Below the pieces are notes generated by a model. It ran no database searches, was not told where the DNA came from, and saw nothing but the letters and a program-made list of their open reading frames with translations. Of a stretch of DNA of 17,707 bases, positions 16,401 to 17,707 are shown piece after piece. The stretch's first letter is position 1, and each line of letters starts with the position of its first letter. The DNA lies in NCBI GenBank assembly GCA_036679605.1, contig JAZDCZ010000422.1, positions 1 through 17,707 on the forward strand, in the 5' to 3' direction. A program made the translations under genes and the position numbers. Source of the DNA: Gemmatimonadota bacterium (GTDB taxonomy: Bacteria; Gemmatimonadota; Gemmatimonadetes; Gemmatimonadales; GWC2-71-9).

Positions 16401-17018
16401 ATGAGCAAAAGACCCTGCCGCGGCGAGTGGTGCGCAATGTTGGCCTTGGCCTGCCTGTGCGCTGTGATGATGCTGGCTTCCGGATGTCCCGCAACCACCC
16501 CGCAATGCACGACCGATGCCGACTGCGACGTAGGCCAGGTCTGCAACGATTCCGGCGTTTGCGAGGCCGGTACGGGAACTACATGCACCGCCGATGCTGA
16601 CTGTAACGACGGTCTCTTTTGCAACGGCACCGAGACCTGCGTGGAGACGGCCTGTCAGGCTGGGTCCGCACCCTGTCTTGCAGGACAGACCTGCGACGAA
16701 GAAGGCGAGGTCTGCGTGGGTGAGGAGTCTCCGTTTGAAACCAATGTTTTTCTCGATGAATTCGACAGGGTCCACGGTCTGCACCGCACGGCATTTCCGA
16801 CGTGTACCGTCTGCCACCACGACGAACCGGTCAGCGCGGGCTTCGGGCGATGTAGCGAGTGCCACAGCCTCGACCCGGCTGAGTTGAACAGCTACAAGGA
16901 CATCGCCCACGATCAGAATGAAAGTGGTGACGGGTGCCGCATGTGCCACGACGACGAGCGGAACGACGACGACACGTGGAACTGCAGTTTCTGCCACACG
17001 TTGTTATCCGAGTTGTAG
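16401..17018 (+). CDS. Lipoprotein tetraheme class III cytochrome c (c3-like) with an N-terminal Cys-rich repeat region, 205 aa
   Basis: A GGAGA RBS precedes ATG 16401, and the lipobox is LASG|C. The Cys-rich repeats are CTTDADCDVGQVC and CTADADCNDGLFCNGTETC. The heme domain H..H...CTVCHH...CSECH...AH...CRMCH...CSFCH gives four CxxCH motifs plus four distal His in c3 order. Confidence 0.88.
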   Translation: MSKRPCRGEWCAMLALACLCAVMMLASGCPATTPQCTTDADCDVGQVCNDSGVCEAGTGTTCTADADCNDGLFCNGTETCVETACQAGSAPCLAGQTCDEEGEVCVGEESPFETNVFLDEFDRVHGLHRTAFPTCTVCHHDEPVSAGFGRCSECHSLDPAELNSYKDIAHDQNESGDGCRMCHDDERNDDDTWNCSFCHTLLSEL

Positions 17019-17593
17019 CCGTCGAGAATCGACGGAGGTGCAGCCGGCGCGCGGCATGCATCATAATCGCCGTTATCGCTCGTTTGGGCCCTCATGCCGA
17101 CAGTGAGCACAAAAATGGTCGTGCGGACGCACGATTGGTCATGCCGGCCTTTGACGAAGAGGCTGCGTGAAGCTTGGTTAGTCATCCAAACGGGCCCACC
17201 GGCTTGCGGTCCCGTCACACAATCCCATTGTAAATCTGGGCAACGTAGGTTATCCGGGTTGACCGCCGGACATAAAACCCGGAAGTCAAGCCGATGGCCG
17301 ATGGAGCCGTCCAGCTCGGGGATCAATGGCGATCATACCCGCAAACAGCGATGAGACAATCACTTATGATTTCGGCGATCCGGGCTTGGTGTCACTTTGG
17401 GGAAGCTCCGAACTCGGTGAACTAGTGGAGGCTTGGCCGGCGCCAGGGTTGCTGTGCTCACGATGATGCGCGCCTGCGGCGACGGCCCCAGGCCCCGACC
17501 AACCCGAGACCTAGCCCGGAGTCCATGAACGGCTAGAATCGGCCACGAACTGCCGGAACGAATTCTGGCCGGTGCGCGCCGTGAGTTGATCAG

Positions 17594-17707
17594 TAGTATG
17601 ACAGCGCTACGAAGAATCCATTCGATGGGCTGATCGGCGGCGGCTTTGGTAGGATGCTTCGTTGCGCTGCTGGTAATAGGCCGATCGTTGGATCAGCTCA
17701 GCATACG
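17594..17707 (-). mobile_element. 3' end of a second copy of the same IS701-like element, inverted relative to the left copy
   Basis: 17594-17703 is the exact reverse complement of 1-110. The transposase-tail stop is at 17607-17609 on the minus strand, and the junction reads ...TGTCATAC-TAC. Confidence 0.75.

Noticed and set aside
17019..17035. Hairpin CCGTCGA-GAA-TCGACGG right after the cytochrome stop
   Set aside because: There is no U-tract, so it is not called as a terminator. It may be an mRNA-stabilising stem.
17036..17593. Short ORFs and an 8-bp inverted repeat (17253-17260/17276-17283) in the right intergenic region
   Set aside because: There is no recognisable protein or RNA motif, and a repeat of this length is compatible with chance.
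1..17707. CRISPR arrays, tRNA (including tRNA-Sec) or rRNA genes
   Set aside because: No regularly spaced repeats or RNA-gene signatures were seen.

Overview
This window holds a formate dehydrogenase and Mo/W-cofactor locus from a GC-rich bacterium, probably Planctomycetota/Phycisphaerae (inferred from a dockerin-like tail and a DUF1559-like pseudopilin). Both ends carry the same 110-bp 3' end of an IS701-like element in inverted orientation. The right half is a Tat-exported, selenocysteine-containing formate dehydrogenase operon: fdhA (split in the ORF track at an in-frame TGA followed by a SECIS hairpin), fdhB, fdhE and a lipoprotein tetraheme cytochrome c3 with a Cys-rich stalk. fdhD and a mobB-like gene run divergently from it. 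The centre has a short ModE-type regulator, two matching ModE-like operators and a perfect Rex/CRP-type palindrome. To the left, moeA-moaA continue directly into four unexplained genes: a prepilin-type protein, a stand-alone TiaS-N-like (GIDDTD) enzyme, an ECF S-component-like membrane protein and a secreted dockerin-tailed protein. This module is the best candidate for an undescribed system, perhaps Mo/W or pterin-cofactor scavenging or salvage. At the far left is a lower-GC gene of about 1017 aa with a nuclease-like N-terminus and helical repeats (defence-like), apparently truncated by the IS. All calls come from reading motifs by eye; no database searches were run.
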